Source: a virus
DNA: 64,000 bases
IMG/VR virus record: IMGVR_UViG_3300032173_000004
Span: 11,816-75,815 of that record
Reading direction: 5' to 3' (one strand)
Made by a program: the position numbers and the translations under genes. The stretch's first letter is position 1. Every line of letters starts with the position of its first letter. Below the pieces are notes generated by a model, which searched no databases, had not been told where the DNA came from, and was given only the letters and a program-made list of their open reading frames with translations. This document shows, piece after piece, positions 48,920 through 57,107 of this stretch.

Positions 48920-48979
48920 GGGCCAGCTCCTGTTGTAGATTCTACCGAATCTACTCCAGTCAACTGACCTTGGCTAGAC

Positions 48980-49747
48980 CTACCCGCGCCAGCCAGGAGG
49001 GGGCTTGCAACCCTGATCTGCGGGGAACGGGTTCGGATGAGCCGCCTCAGGCTTACGATCCAGGTTCACGCCACGACGCTTGAGGCCCTCTCTCGTATCG
49101 TAAGTGATCTCAAAAGACTCATCCGGCGTTGCCGAAGACCTCTCGAAGTTCACCTTGACGGTGTGGAAGTCCTGCTTGGCTCCGAATCCGGTTCCGATCT
49201 CAGACTGCACATTGTAAACCGAGATCGGTGGTTCTTCCCCAGAGGGTGTCACACAACAGTCGGTGTCAGCGGAAAAGAAGCTGCTGTCGCCACCCAGCAT
49301 CATGCCACGGGCGCCCTTGGAATGACCCCTCAAGTAGCGATAGCGGATATCGGAATCCTCGGGCTCCTCTTTCTCCTTGAACAGGGCACACCCGATGACA
49401 CCGATGTTGCGCTTGTCCTGTCCAGACTGAGCGTTGTAGCTCTGACCCTCCTTGGCGAAGATGAACTTCGCCACAGCCTTGTCATCCAGACTCCATCCCG
49501 GAATGTTGATCTCGGCCTGAGGGTACAGAATGTACCCGCTACCATCAATGCTGGCTGGCTTTCCGTCCATGATCGACAGTCCATCGACTGACAGAACGAC
49601 CAAAAGACGCTTCCAGGTCCGATTGCGGACTCGGAGCGTGAACTCTGATCCTTTTCTACCTTCGATGAAAAATCGACCTTCGTGCGGGTATTCGTGGCAA
49701 GGCTTACCGTGGACACAGACCTCGAGTTCGCAGAGTTCTCCTCGCAT
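48980..49747 (-). CDS. Hypothetical protein of a recurrent phage type
   Basis: FIEGRKGSEFTLRVRN...VLSVDGLSIMDG...IPGW...VAKFIF...NIGVIGCALF...NPFPAD. Confidence 0.65.
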   Translation of the reverse strand: MRGELCELEVCVHGKPCHEYPHEGRFFIEGRKGSEFTLRVRNRTWKRLLVVLSVDGLSIMDGKPASIDGSGYILYPQAEINIPGWSLDDKAVAKFIFAKEGQSYNAQSGQDKRNIGVIGCALFKEKEEPEDSDIRYRYLRGHSKGARGMMLGGDSSFFSADTDCCVTPSGEEPPISVYNVQSEIGTGFGAKQDFHTVKVNFERSSATPDESFEITYDTREGLKRRGVNLDRKPEAAHPNPFPADQGCKPPPGWRG

Positions 49748-49843
49748 GGGCTTCTCCTCGCAGCGGAACTGTTCTGCCTGGCACCACGCCAGGACTTCGA
49801 CCGCCGCTCTTTGGGTCTACCCTACGGAGAACTACAAGGCGGG

Positions 49844-50056
49844 TCAAGCAGCTTCTTTGAGAGGGCGTGCCACTACCTGACCCGCCACATGGGCAGTCAA
49901 GGCCAGAACGATGTTCTGAGCCCGATTCAGCTCCTCACGAGCTTTGCGCAGCTCCAGAACCGCCTGGCAGCAAGCCCAGCACAGGTGCTTCATTAAATTA
50001 TGCAGGTGAGCCAATCCCGCCTGGGCATGTCCTCCACAGTGTTCGCAACGCAGCAT
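49844..50056 (-). CDS. Small Zn-finger protein
   Basis: MLRCEHC...LCWACC, SD AGGAGG. Confidence 0.5.
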   Translation of the reverse strand: MLRCEHCGGHAQAGLAHLHNLMKHLCWACCQAVLELRKAREELNRAQNIVLALTAHVAGQVVARPLKEAA

Positions 50057-50251
50057 GGCGGGCCTCCTTTCCAGGACAGCCCGCCTGCCAAGGCGGGCCG
50101 TCAGTTGGTCATCCGTTCCGCTGTTGTAAAGGCGGCAGGATACGGTCCTGTGCGCCACCTTGATCCATCTATGCAGCGGAGATTGACCATCATCTGAGTG
50201 ATGAAGGATCGGAGAAGGAAAGTCAAGAAGAAAAAGATCAATGACCACATC

Positions 50252-50599
50252 TCAACACAGCATAACCACAGGTCGTATGCCGTTAGAGGTACCGTAGGGT
50301 TTTGTCGGAGGGTGGCGCTTCGGCGCCTTGCCCCAGTTCCTCTGGCAGACATGATCCACAAACTCCCAGAATGACACCTTATTCTGGATCGATACCAGCG
50401 ACCTCCTCTCCTCCTTTTCAAGTCGCTCCAGAGCAGGCGGAAGACGTGTAGCCGCTGCTGGACCCCGCAGCACTACCACCTGCTGTGTCTGGTTGGTAAC
50501 GTAGCACGTACTCCCACCCATGCTGTTGGTCCAGAAAGACCATGGATGGGACATAGGAGCAGTCCCAGAGGTGTCAGAATTCGGGTCGTAGGGAATCAC
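50252..50599 (-). CDS. Hypothetical protein
   Basis: 115-aa ORF. Confidence 0.45.
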   Translation of the reverse strand: MIPYDPNSDTSGTAPMSHPWSFWTNSMGGSTCYVTNQTQQVVVLRGPAAATRLPPALERLEKEERRSLVSIQNKVSFWEFVDHVCQRNWGKAPKRHPPTKPYGTSNGIRPVVMLC

Positions 50600-50622
50600 G
50601 GCTGCCTGGGCCTATGAGGGCC

Positions 50623-50952
50623 TCAGTTTACCATGGGCTCAGAAGCAGAACGCAACCACCTTTTCACCACAGCCGGGACAGGAGGAACAGCCAACGAATG
50701 ACCCTTCGGGCAGGGTGGGTGCTTGATCTTGGACCAATGCTGCTTGATGGCCCACTGCTCAGCCTGGGCCCTTCTGTGAATGCTCCATTTCTGAAGGGCC
50801 TTCAGTGGAACCACGGCACCAACCAACTTCAACTCGTCTTGGATGATCTCCAATTCTACCTTGACGCACTCGTGCATCATTGGCTCCTCCGGCTGTTGGG
50901 TGATTTGAATCTGAGTCGTTCTAGTTGTCAAAGAAAAAGCAGATTCGCACAC
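50623..50952 (-). CDS. Hypothetical protein
   Basis: ORF; true start probably the internal ATG near 50880 (SD GGAGG). Confidence 0.45.
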   Translation of the reverse strand: MCESAFSLTTRTTQIQITQQPEEPMMHECVKVELEIIQDELKLVGAVVPLKALQKWSIHRRAQAEQWAIKQHWSKIKHPPCPKGHSLAVPPVPAVVKRWLRSASEPMVN

Positions 50953-51820
50953 GGTCCGGTGGCAGTCCTAGGGACTGCAACCACGGAAGAACCTCGCGAT
51001 GGAATCCGTATGTCGCCTCCGCATAGGTCATCGTCCAGCTCACCTGGGTGTACAGGTGATCCCAACCAGTGACTGCTGCACTGATCCTGGTCAACAGCAC
51101 TTTGTCTTTGGGAGTACCGAACCCGTTTAATGATCCGTAGCCTTCGCAGTCCGTCAACAAAGGCAACAACTTCTCGGCAACAAACGTATCCATTTCTTCA
51201 TTCGACACATGCCGCACATTTGGACCCGAAACACCACCACTCCAACAATGCGGACCCTTTCCAGCGGCCTTGTCTCCAGATTTGATCCACAATGCGTATA
51301 CAATAGAAGATACCGTCCCGTGCAACACAGTCGTCTGTTGCCAATCGTACTCAAGAAGCTCCTTGAGAGTCAGATACGAATGGCTGTGACCGTCGCCGTT
51401 CCACCGCTTCGCCTCGTCGCGATACTCCCTCGAGGCATCCGATGGAATCCCCTTCGGTGACGAGATAGGGCTGAACCCCTCACCCGTCTTGCAGCCCGCA
51501 AAACCTCGTCCGTTGCGCACGCCGGCTAGGATAGCGAACGTGTTGTAGCATCGCTCGTCCAGCGTCAGAATAGGATGCTTGCACTTGTGGTACTTGCCGC
51601 TGTCGAGCTTCGTCCGATCCTCCGTCAGAAAGTCCTCGATGTTGAAAGGAAGATCAATCGGCAAAGGACGAATCCCGTGGACGTACTCGGCGTGCAGTTC
51701 CGCCAGAAATGCATCGTAGTTGCTGTCACCGCGACCAAAGAAGTGACGAGGCTCCGGCAGCAGAACCCAGCGTCCTTTTTGATCTCGAACCTCAACATAC
51801 GGATGGATGTCGCAACCCAT
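50921..51820 (-). CDS. Phage protein of the MGCDIH type
   Basis: MGCDIH...RCYNTFAILAGVRNG...HSHSYLTLKELL...RICFFFDN. Confidence 0.75.
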   Translation of the reverse strand: MGCDIHPYVEVRDQKGRWVLLPEPRHFFGRGDSNYDAFLAELHAEYVHGIRPLPIDLPFNIEDFLTEDRTKLDSGKYHKCKHPILTLDERCYNTFAILAGVRNGRGFAGCKTGEGFSPISSPKGIPSDASREYRDEAKRWNGDGHSHSYLTLKELLEYDWQQTTVLHGTVSSIVYALWIKSGDKAAGKGPHCWSGGVSGPNVRHVSNEEMDTFVAEKLLPLLTDCEGYGSLNGFGTPKDKVLLTRISAAVTGWDHLYTQVSWTMTYAEATYGFHREVLPWLQSLGLPPDRVRICFFFDN

Positions 51821-51839
51821 GGAACCTCCCGTTTTCCAG

Positions 51840-51867
51840 TTGTACTGGCAGCGACACCTGTTCTAAC
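51840..51867 (-). promoter_or_regulatory. Phage-type promoter GTTAGAA-N14-AGTACAA
   Basis: One of four identically spaced copies upstream of genes. Confidence 0.75.
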
Positions 51868-51874
51868 CAAAAAT

Positions 51875-52096
51875 CTACCGACCGATGCGAACCCCGTGAT
51901 AGTTCGACATGAGCTGCATTTCCACTTCCGTTCTGGGCCCCTCCCAGTCTAGAATGCCCAGCCGCTGGTCCACCTCCAGCTGCTGCTTGAGCGTGAGGTC
52001 GAAGTAGTTCTTGGGCCTGCGCAACGCTGCCTCGAACATCTCCTCATGAGTCCGGGGTACTTGAAGTTCTGGAAGAGCTACTGCTGCCTGTCCCAT
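51875..52096 (-). CDS. Hypothetical protein
   Basis: RPKNYFDLTLKQQLEVDQRLGILDWEG. Confidence 0.6.
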   Translation of the reverse strand: MGQAAVALPELQVPRTHEEMFEAALRRPKNYFDLTLKQQLEVDQRLGILDWEGPRTEVEMQLMSNYHGVRIGR

Positions 52097-52125
52097 GGTG
52101 TCTGCCCTCTGTTGGAAAAGATCAT

Positions 52126-52153
52126 GTTAGAATCGATGGGCGCCGCAGTACAA
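52126..52153 (+). promoter_or_regulatory. Phage-type promoter GTTAGAA-N14-AGTACAA
   Basis: Heads the plus-strand gene block. Confidence 0.75.
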
Positions 52154-52175
52154 TACCCAAAATGAAGAGGCTCTC

Positions 52176-52454
52176 ATGTGCATGATTTGCAAGTTGCAAG
52201 ACCAGATGCTGAAGCTAGCGCTACGGACAGCCAAGCTGCAGCAGAAGAACGACGACTTACCCGAGGCCGTCCAACGTCGTCTTCAAGCATCGGCTCTTCT
52301 CATCACGGCTGCGGCCAGGATCATTGACGGCATCAGCGATGACAGAGCAGATCTCATGGCCACTCTGGCGGTGAACCAGGCCAACTCCATCCTTCACCAC
52401 ACTGAAGGGTGCCACATCACCAACCAGCAGAAGCCTGAAAGCGCACCGAACTAG
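52176..52454 (+). CDS. Hypothetical protein
   Basis: 92-aa ORF after the promoter motif. Confidence 0.55.
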   Translation: MCMICKLQDQMLKLALRTAKLQQKNDDLPEAVQRRLQASALLITAAARIIDGISDDRADLMATLAVNQANSILHHTEGCHITNQQKPESAPN

Positions 52455-52461
52455 GAGACCG

Positions 52462-52650
52462 ATGATGCTCAAGATCAACACGAATCGACCAGCACAAATC
52501 GTGCTTCCAGACTGGAAGAAGCAGCCCATCCGGCGCCTGCGCTGGTCCGTAGGGATGCATCTCATCGACCTAGGGGCACGCGTCATGAGCATGTCGAAAC
52601 CGGGCAAGGCTGGACTCGTCATGGTGCTGGCCAACGAGCTTAGGCGCTGA
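52462..52650 (+). CDS. Hypothetical protein
   Basis: SD AGGAG. Confidence 0.5.
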   Translation: MMLKINTNRPAQIVLPDWKKQPIRRLRWSVGMHLIDLGARVMSMSKPGKAGLVMVLANELRR

Positions 52651-52895
52651 TGATTACCCCAAGATCACAGCAAGAGATTCTAAACGAGATCGTCTCGTTG
52701 TTGCCGGTATCCATGCAGGAGGCAGCGCTTCGTCCAGACTCCAACATGAACCTGCTGCTAATGGCGATCAGCTTAGGAGTGGCCAGTTCAGAGATTCGTC
52801 TGGTGGCCATGCTCAATGAGCATCTGAAACATCACGAACCGTCCATCACCCCACTGCCCACGCCTTTGGATCGGTCCCCGAAGGCGCCATGGTGA
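52650..52895 (+). CDS. Hypothetical protein
   Basis: TGATG-coupled. Confidence 0.5.
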   Translation: MITPRSQQEILNEIVSLLPVSMQEAALRPDSNMNLLLMAISLGVASSEIRLVAMLNEHLKHHEPSITPLPTPLDRSPKAPW

Positions 52896-52902
52896 TCACC
52901 AC

Positions 52903-53295
52903 ATGCGTCCTCCTGCACGAAAGCCGGCGCCGCCCGCTAAGAAGCCTCCTGCGAAGCCACCTGCGAAACGATCTGAGCCCGAGGACCCGCTCCAGGAGTC
53001 GGTCACCAACATCGAGTCCACGATCAAAGACCGTGACCGAGACGAAGCTGCAGAAGCCAAAGAGGCTCAGAAACCAGAGCCCATACCGACCCTGAGAATC
53101 TTTGATCGCAAGCATTTGTGGGCTTGGTTACACCAAGCACCGGATGAGGTTCTCCGGGAACTCTACCAGACCTGTATGGACCGGCACGGACTCAGTGACC
53201 TCGGTTGCCTGCTCCGGGAGTACTTCACCATGAGGAAGTACTACCCCAACAACCCCCTGTCCGCCTCTCGTTGTCCTTTCTGCAAGGATCACTGA
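52903..53295 (+). CDS. Hypothetical protein with basic PPAKK N-terminus
   Basis: 130 aa, C-terminal CPFC. Confidence 0.55.
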   Translation: MRPPARKPAPPAKKPPAKPPAKRSEPEDPLQESVTNIESTIKDRDRDEAAEAKEAQKPEPIPTLRIFDRKHLWAWLHQAPDEVLRELYQTCMDRHGLSDLGCLLREYFTMRKYYPNNPLSASRCPFCKDH

Positions 53296-53377
53296 TTTTC
53301 TACTTGCATTCTTCTCGTGATCCACTACTATGATTCTTAATTCGACGCCAACAGGCGGACTACACAGGAGAAGATCA

Positions 53378-53602
53378 ATGCGTCTGAGTGACACCCAGAA
53401 GAAGATCCTCAAGAAGGTCGATGGCAAGGCCAAGGTGACTCCGGGCGATCTGGCCCACACCATGAAGAGCTACCCCGGCCCCATCTCCAGATCCCTTCAG
53501 GCCCTCGAAGGCATGGGACTGATGGTCAGCCAGGAGAACAAGGCCGGTGTGACGTCCTACAGCCGCAGCGCCGAAGGCAGCAAGATCGCCAAGACCCTCT
53601 AG
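53378..53602 (+). CDS. Winged-helix (MarR-like) DNA-binding protein
   Basis: MRLSDTQKKIL...VTPGDLAH...ISRSLQALEGMGLM...SAEG. SD AGGAG. Confidence 0.7.
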   Translation: MRLSDTQKKILKKVDGKAKVTPGDLAHTMKSYPGPISRSLQALEGMGLMVSQENKAGVTSYSRSAEGSKIAKTL

Positions 53603-53631
53603 GCCTTTTCGCACCTCCCCGCACTTTTTCC

Positions 53632-53659
53632 GTTAGAACAGCTTCTCACCCTAGTACAA
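53632..53659 (+). promoter_or_regulatory. Phage-type promoter GTTAGAA-N14-AGTACAA
   Basis: Upstream of the histone-fold gene. Confidence 0.75.
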
Positions 53660-53701
53660 CTAGGCAGACACCAAAATGCCCAACGGGCCATGGAGACTGC
53701 C

Positions 53702-53899
53702 ATGCTAGTTGTCGTATCCAAGATCAAGGCGATGGGAAAGAAGGTCAACCTGCGCATCGGCATGGACTTCTGCACCAAGCTTTCAGAGGTCATCGTCCAG
53801 ATCGTGATCGCCGCCGCCAAGAACGCCAGAGAAGAGGGCATGGGAACCGTCAAGGCGCGGCACATGCCAACCTCCATGGACTTCAATCTGGAGAACTAG
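53702..53899 (+). CDS. Bacterial-type histone-fold protein (Bd0055-like)
   Basis: MLVVVSKIKAMGKKVNLRIGMDFCTKLSEVIVQIVIAAAKNAREEGMGTVKARHM aligns with the LVVxSKVK...AKxxGRKTVxxRD pattern of bacterial/archaeal histones. Confidence 0.8.
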   Translation: MLVVVSKIKAMGKKVNLRIGMDFCTKLSEVIVQIVIAAAKNAREEGMGTVKARHMPTSMDFNLEN

Positions 53900-53900
53900 G

Positions 53901-54179
53901 TTGGCCACCTACGACCGACAGACCTGCGAGGACTTCGTAGAACGTGCCCGAGTCATCCTCACCGAGAATGCGTTTGTAGAACTGTGGGCATGGGTCAGCA
54001 AGGGAACAAGCTGGACCATGGGACAGAACTACTGTGACGGCTTTGTGGCCGAGTGGATCAACATGCCAATCTGGAACAAGCAAGCTGTGCTGTTCTTGAT
54101 GGCGCCGCACATCGATCGCATCGCCCGAGACCGCGCCAAGCGCCTCGCTGACAAAGCTCGTATTGAGGACCCAGAGTGA
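53901..54179 (+). CDS. Hypothetical protein
   Basis: 92-aa ORF in the operon. Confidence 0.5.
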   Translation: MATYDRQTCEDFVERARVILTENAFVELWAWVSKGTSWTMGQNYCDGFVAEWINMPIWNKQAVLFLMAPHIDRIARDRAKRLADKARIEDPE

Positions 54180-54373
54180 TCCTACGTGTTCGAAAGTCCT
54201 GCATGATCGACAACGATGGGTGGGCACTGTACGAACTTCTAGATAAAGATCAAAGATTGTCCGTTTTCTCTGCACCCGTTGATGCAGAACCTGACGATGT
54301 CCTAGCCGAAGCCTGGGACCACGCACCAGACCCAAGTCGGGTCGAAGACATCATCCTGGAGAAGCCATCATGA
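54176..54373 (+). CDS. Hypothetical acidic protein
   Basis: GTGA-coupled. Confidence 0.5.
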   Translation: MILRVRKSCMIDNDGWALYELLDKDQRLSVFSAPVDAEPDDVLAEAWDHAPDPSRVEDIILEKPS

Positions 54374-54768
54374 GCGAAGGATCATCCCCACTGTCCATCG
54401 TAGGGTATAAAGATGATCAAGACCTACGATACGTCACCTGGAACCAGAACTTCCTAACGTATGTTGCCACGGACGCACACCTCAAACACCGGGAGGCAAT
54501 AGTCTACTGCAACGTCGCAAAGAATCGCGTTCGCATCGTTGCCGTCTTCTACGGCTTGCCAGTCCTCATCCTGCCGCCAATCGATCCGAGCGACAGAATC
54601 AGCCTGTATCTGAAGATCAACGAGTTCCTTCGAAAGTTCAGCGGAACCAAGAAGGCCACGGAGTTCTTCGATACCGAGATCTCCAGTGCCAAGGAACGCC
54701 TGGAACAGCTGCAGGAGCGCCAAGCTTTGGCACACCAAGCGCAGCAGAAACGGAGCAAGAAGAGATGA
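54370..54768 (+). CDS. Hypothetical protein, weakly IS66 TnpB(Orf2)-like
   Basis: DLRY...AIVYCNVAKNRVRIV loosely recalls DMRK...LFVFRNRRRDRIKIL. Confidence 0.4.
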   Translation: MSEGSSPLSIVGYKDDQDLRYVTWNQNFLTYVATDAHLKHREAIVYCNVAKNRVRIVAVFYGLPVLILPPIDPSDRISLYLKINEFLRKFSGTKKATEFFDTEISSAKERLEQLQERQALAHQAQQKRSKKR

Positions 54769-55142
54769 CTAAGAAACGAGAGGTGAAGTTCACAGAGGCC
54801 AACGCAGTCAAAGCCTGGGTTCTCTACAACACACCCGGCAGCGGTACCACCCGGGGACAAATCGGAGAGAAATTCGGCGTTGGAGCCGGTGCCATTGACC
54901 ACTGGATCAAGAAAGTAGAAGACAACCCCGCCCTATTGGCGAGGGCCAAGGATCAGCTCAAAAGAAAGACCAAGCCCTTGCCGTACTCTGAGGGAGGACC
55001 AGCCGAGAGCCCGCTGGAACGATCTGTCGACAAGATCATCGCACTGGAAGAAGAGAACAAGTTCCTGAAGTGGTGGAACGAGGGCGAGCGCAGTGGATGG
55101 GTCAACGAGCTTCTGAAGCGCATCGGTCGCACTGAAGAATGA
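54765..55142 (+). CDS. HTH_Tnp_1-like helix-turn-helix plus coiled-coil protein
   Basis: KFTEANAVKAW...TRGQIGEKFGVGAGAIDHWIKK...IIALEEENKFLK. Confidence 0.6.
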   Translation: MTKKREVKFTEANAVKAWVLYNTPGSGTTRGQIGEKFGVGAGAIDHWIKKVEDNPALLARAKDQLKRKTKPLPYSEGGPAESPLERSVDKIIALEEENKFLKWWNEGERSGWVNELLKRIGRTEE

Positions 55143-55354
55143 GCGGTTGGCCATCTCCAGAAGAAATTGCCAATCGACAGCTGAAGGCGTACGAATCCGC
55201 CGATGAAAACGGCGACTGGGATCCGATCTGCGACTGCGGAGAATCAGGGTATGCTTGCCGGTGCTCAGAGCTAGAGGAAACATACGGTCCCAATCCATAC
55301 AAGATTTTCGCCGTATGGACACGGCGCCTAGAGCGCCCACCAGGACGGTGGTGA
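55139..55354 (+). CDS. Hypothetical protein
   Basis: CDC...CRC. Confidence 0.5.
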   Translation: MSGWPSPEEIANRQLKAYESADENGDWDPICDCGESGYACRCSELEETYGPNPYKIFAVWTRRLERPPGRW

Positions 55355-55357
55355 TCC

Positions 55358-55765
55358 ATGAACGAGTACCACGTACAGCTGGCATCCATCCTGGACACTA
55401 TCAAGAGAAGAACAGTCGAAGAGCTGATCAAGGTCTGCGGCTACATCTTGGTGGTGTTCGTGGTTGAAGACGTAGAGCTGTCGCCGCAAGCAAGATCGAA
55501 GATCGCTGAGAACGGCACCTTAGGAATTCACGTAGGCTACGATCTCATCCCCAACCTAGTTCTGGACGAGACAGGCTTCCGTGGCGACTTCTCCTTCGAT
55601 CAGGTGATGTCCCAGCTCAGTGTCCCTTGGAGCTACGTGATGGCCCTGGCCATACCGGTAGGCAGGCCCCCCAACGCGCACCTCCCGGTGGCCACCTTCG
55701 CACCTTACAACACACCTCCGGTGGCTCCCAAGCCCAAAGAGAAGCCAAATCTCAAGCTTGTCTAA
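55358..55765 (+). CDS. sspB: SspB-like ClpXP adaptor
   Basis: NLVLDETGFRGDFSFDQVMSQLSVPWSYVMAL core, Pro-rich linker and C-terminal KPNLKLV resembling the ClpX-binding tail. Confidence 0.7.
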   Translation: MNEYHVQLASILDTIKRRTVEELIKVCGYILVVFVVEDVELSPQARSKIAENGTLGIHVGYDLIPNLVLDETGFRGDFSFDQVMSQLSVPWSYVMALAIPVGRPPNAHLPVATFAPYNTPPVAPKPKEKPNLKLV

Positions 55766-55849
55766 ATTAGGATCGACATCACTTCTGCTATAAGTAAACT
55801 GATCCGCATTTTTTATACTACATGTGATCCATAAGTACGACATGTAGAA

Positions 55850-55871
55850 AGTGTCTCAGGCGGAAGCGCGA
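55850..55871 (+). repeat. 22-bp start-associated motif AGTGTCTCAGGCGGAAGCGCGA
   Basis: 21/22 identical to 63511-63532. Ends 11 bp before ATG 55883. Confidence 0.8.
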
Positions 55872-55882
55872 GGTATGGCCAC

Positions 55883-56896
55883 ATGGACCCAATTCTCCGA
55901 GTCATCGCTCAGACCCCGAAGAACCCGAACGACCTAGCCCGTCTTTCGTTGGTGAGCATGACACTGGCCGATGAACAGCACATCGAGATCAACCCCAGCT
56001 TCACTCGATTCGCCAATTCCAAAGCTTCTCTGGAGTTCCTGCGACACATCGGCTACCAAGGAGCCGGCAGCGGACCCCCTCCGGCGCAGCTCGTGGTCTT
56101 CTTCATGTACTGCCAATGGGCCAAAGCGGGTCTACCCGTGTTCCGACCCTCCGAAAGTCTTGCCGCCGGTCTGGCACTAACCGACATTGACAACGTCCCA
56201 ACGGACGAATGGAAGTGGCCATTCGACTGCTTCCTCATCCACGTACCCTACGAGTTCTGGGTCATGAAGTCTCCAGCAGACGGATCACCTGATCCAGTAT
56301 GCATGATGATCGTCTCCAAGATGGAGACCATGTTTCACGAGCCGGCGGCGATGATGCTGATGATCGGTCGCAACGGCTCCCTGTCCTTCTCCCAGGTCAT
56401 GCTACCCGCCGAAGGTTCCATGTTCGAGGACTGGTTCAAGATCGTGACCGAGCAGAACAAGCTACCGGTCGGAGGGATGGACACTTTCGATCTTGAGCCC
56501 ACCGAGCAGACCTCCATGACCAACGGCTGGCGTCTGATGACCAACCTCTGCTTCTACGTCAACGAACGAGGTCGCGGCCAGCGCCAGAACACCTACACCA
56601 CCAAGAGAGCCAAGCGCCGCATACCTTCCAAGTCGTCCATGCCGATACCCAGCGTGTGGATTCTGGGACAAGAGATCAAGCTGGACCGTGAGCTGATCAC
56701 CGCCGCGAAGAACCAGGCGCTGGGTTCCCCAGCCTGGACCGTGAGCAAGCGCTTCGTGGTCCGTGGTCACTACCGCGAGCAACCCTACGGTCCCGGTCGC
56801 AGCCTTCGCAAAAGATTGTGGATCGAGTCGTTCTGGAAGGGTCCCCGGGAAGGGGCAACCCTCACCCACCTCTACACGGACGGAGACCCCAAGTGA
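55883..56896 (+). CDS. Phage hypothetical protein
   Basis: C-terminal VRGHYREQPYGPGRSLRKRLWIESFWKGP, a recurrent phage motif. Confidence 0.7.
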   Translation: MDPILRVIAQTPKNPNDLARLSLVSMTLADEQHIEINPSFTRFANSKASLEFLRHIGYQGAGSGPPPAQLVVFFMYCQWAKAGLPVFRPSESLAAGLALTDIDNVPTDEWKWPFDCFLIHVPYEFWVMKSPADGSPDPVCMMIVSKMETMFHEPAAMMLMIGRNGSLSFSQVMLPAEGSMFEDWFKIVTEQNKLPVGGMDTFDLEPTEQTSMTNGWRLMTNLCFYVNERGRGQRQNTYTTKRAKRRIPSKSSMPIPSVWILGQEIKLDRELITAAKNQALGSPAWTVSKRFVVRGHYREQPYGPGRSLRKRLWIESFWKGPREGATLTHLYTDGDPK

Positions 56897-57105
56897 GCGA
56901 GCCTCGAAAGTACCTGGGCGGCGACAACCAGATGCGCTCCAAGGAAGAGCACCTGGCGTACCTCGAGCGGTGTGCCAAAGACTGGGAGAACCAGTTCGTC
57001 CCGCCCTGGTATGGAAAGGAGTCTCAGCAGCGGATGCGCGACAGCCACCTGGAACAGGCTGAACGCATCCGCGCCAAGATCAAGCGCCTTCGAGAGGAGG
57101 AGTAG
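56893..57105 (+). CDS. Hypothetical protein
   Basis: GTGA-coupled. Confidence 0.5.
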   Translation: MSEPRKYLGGDNQMRSKEEHLAYLERCAKDWENQFVPPWYGKESQQRMRDSHLEQAERIRAKIKRLREEE

Positions 57106-57107
57106 CC

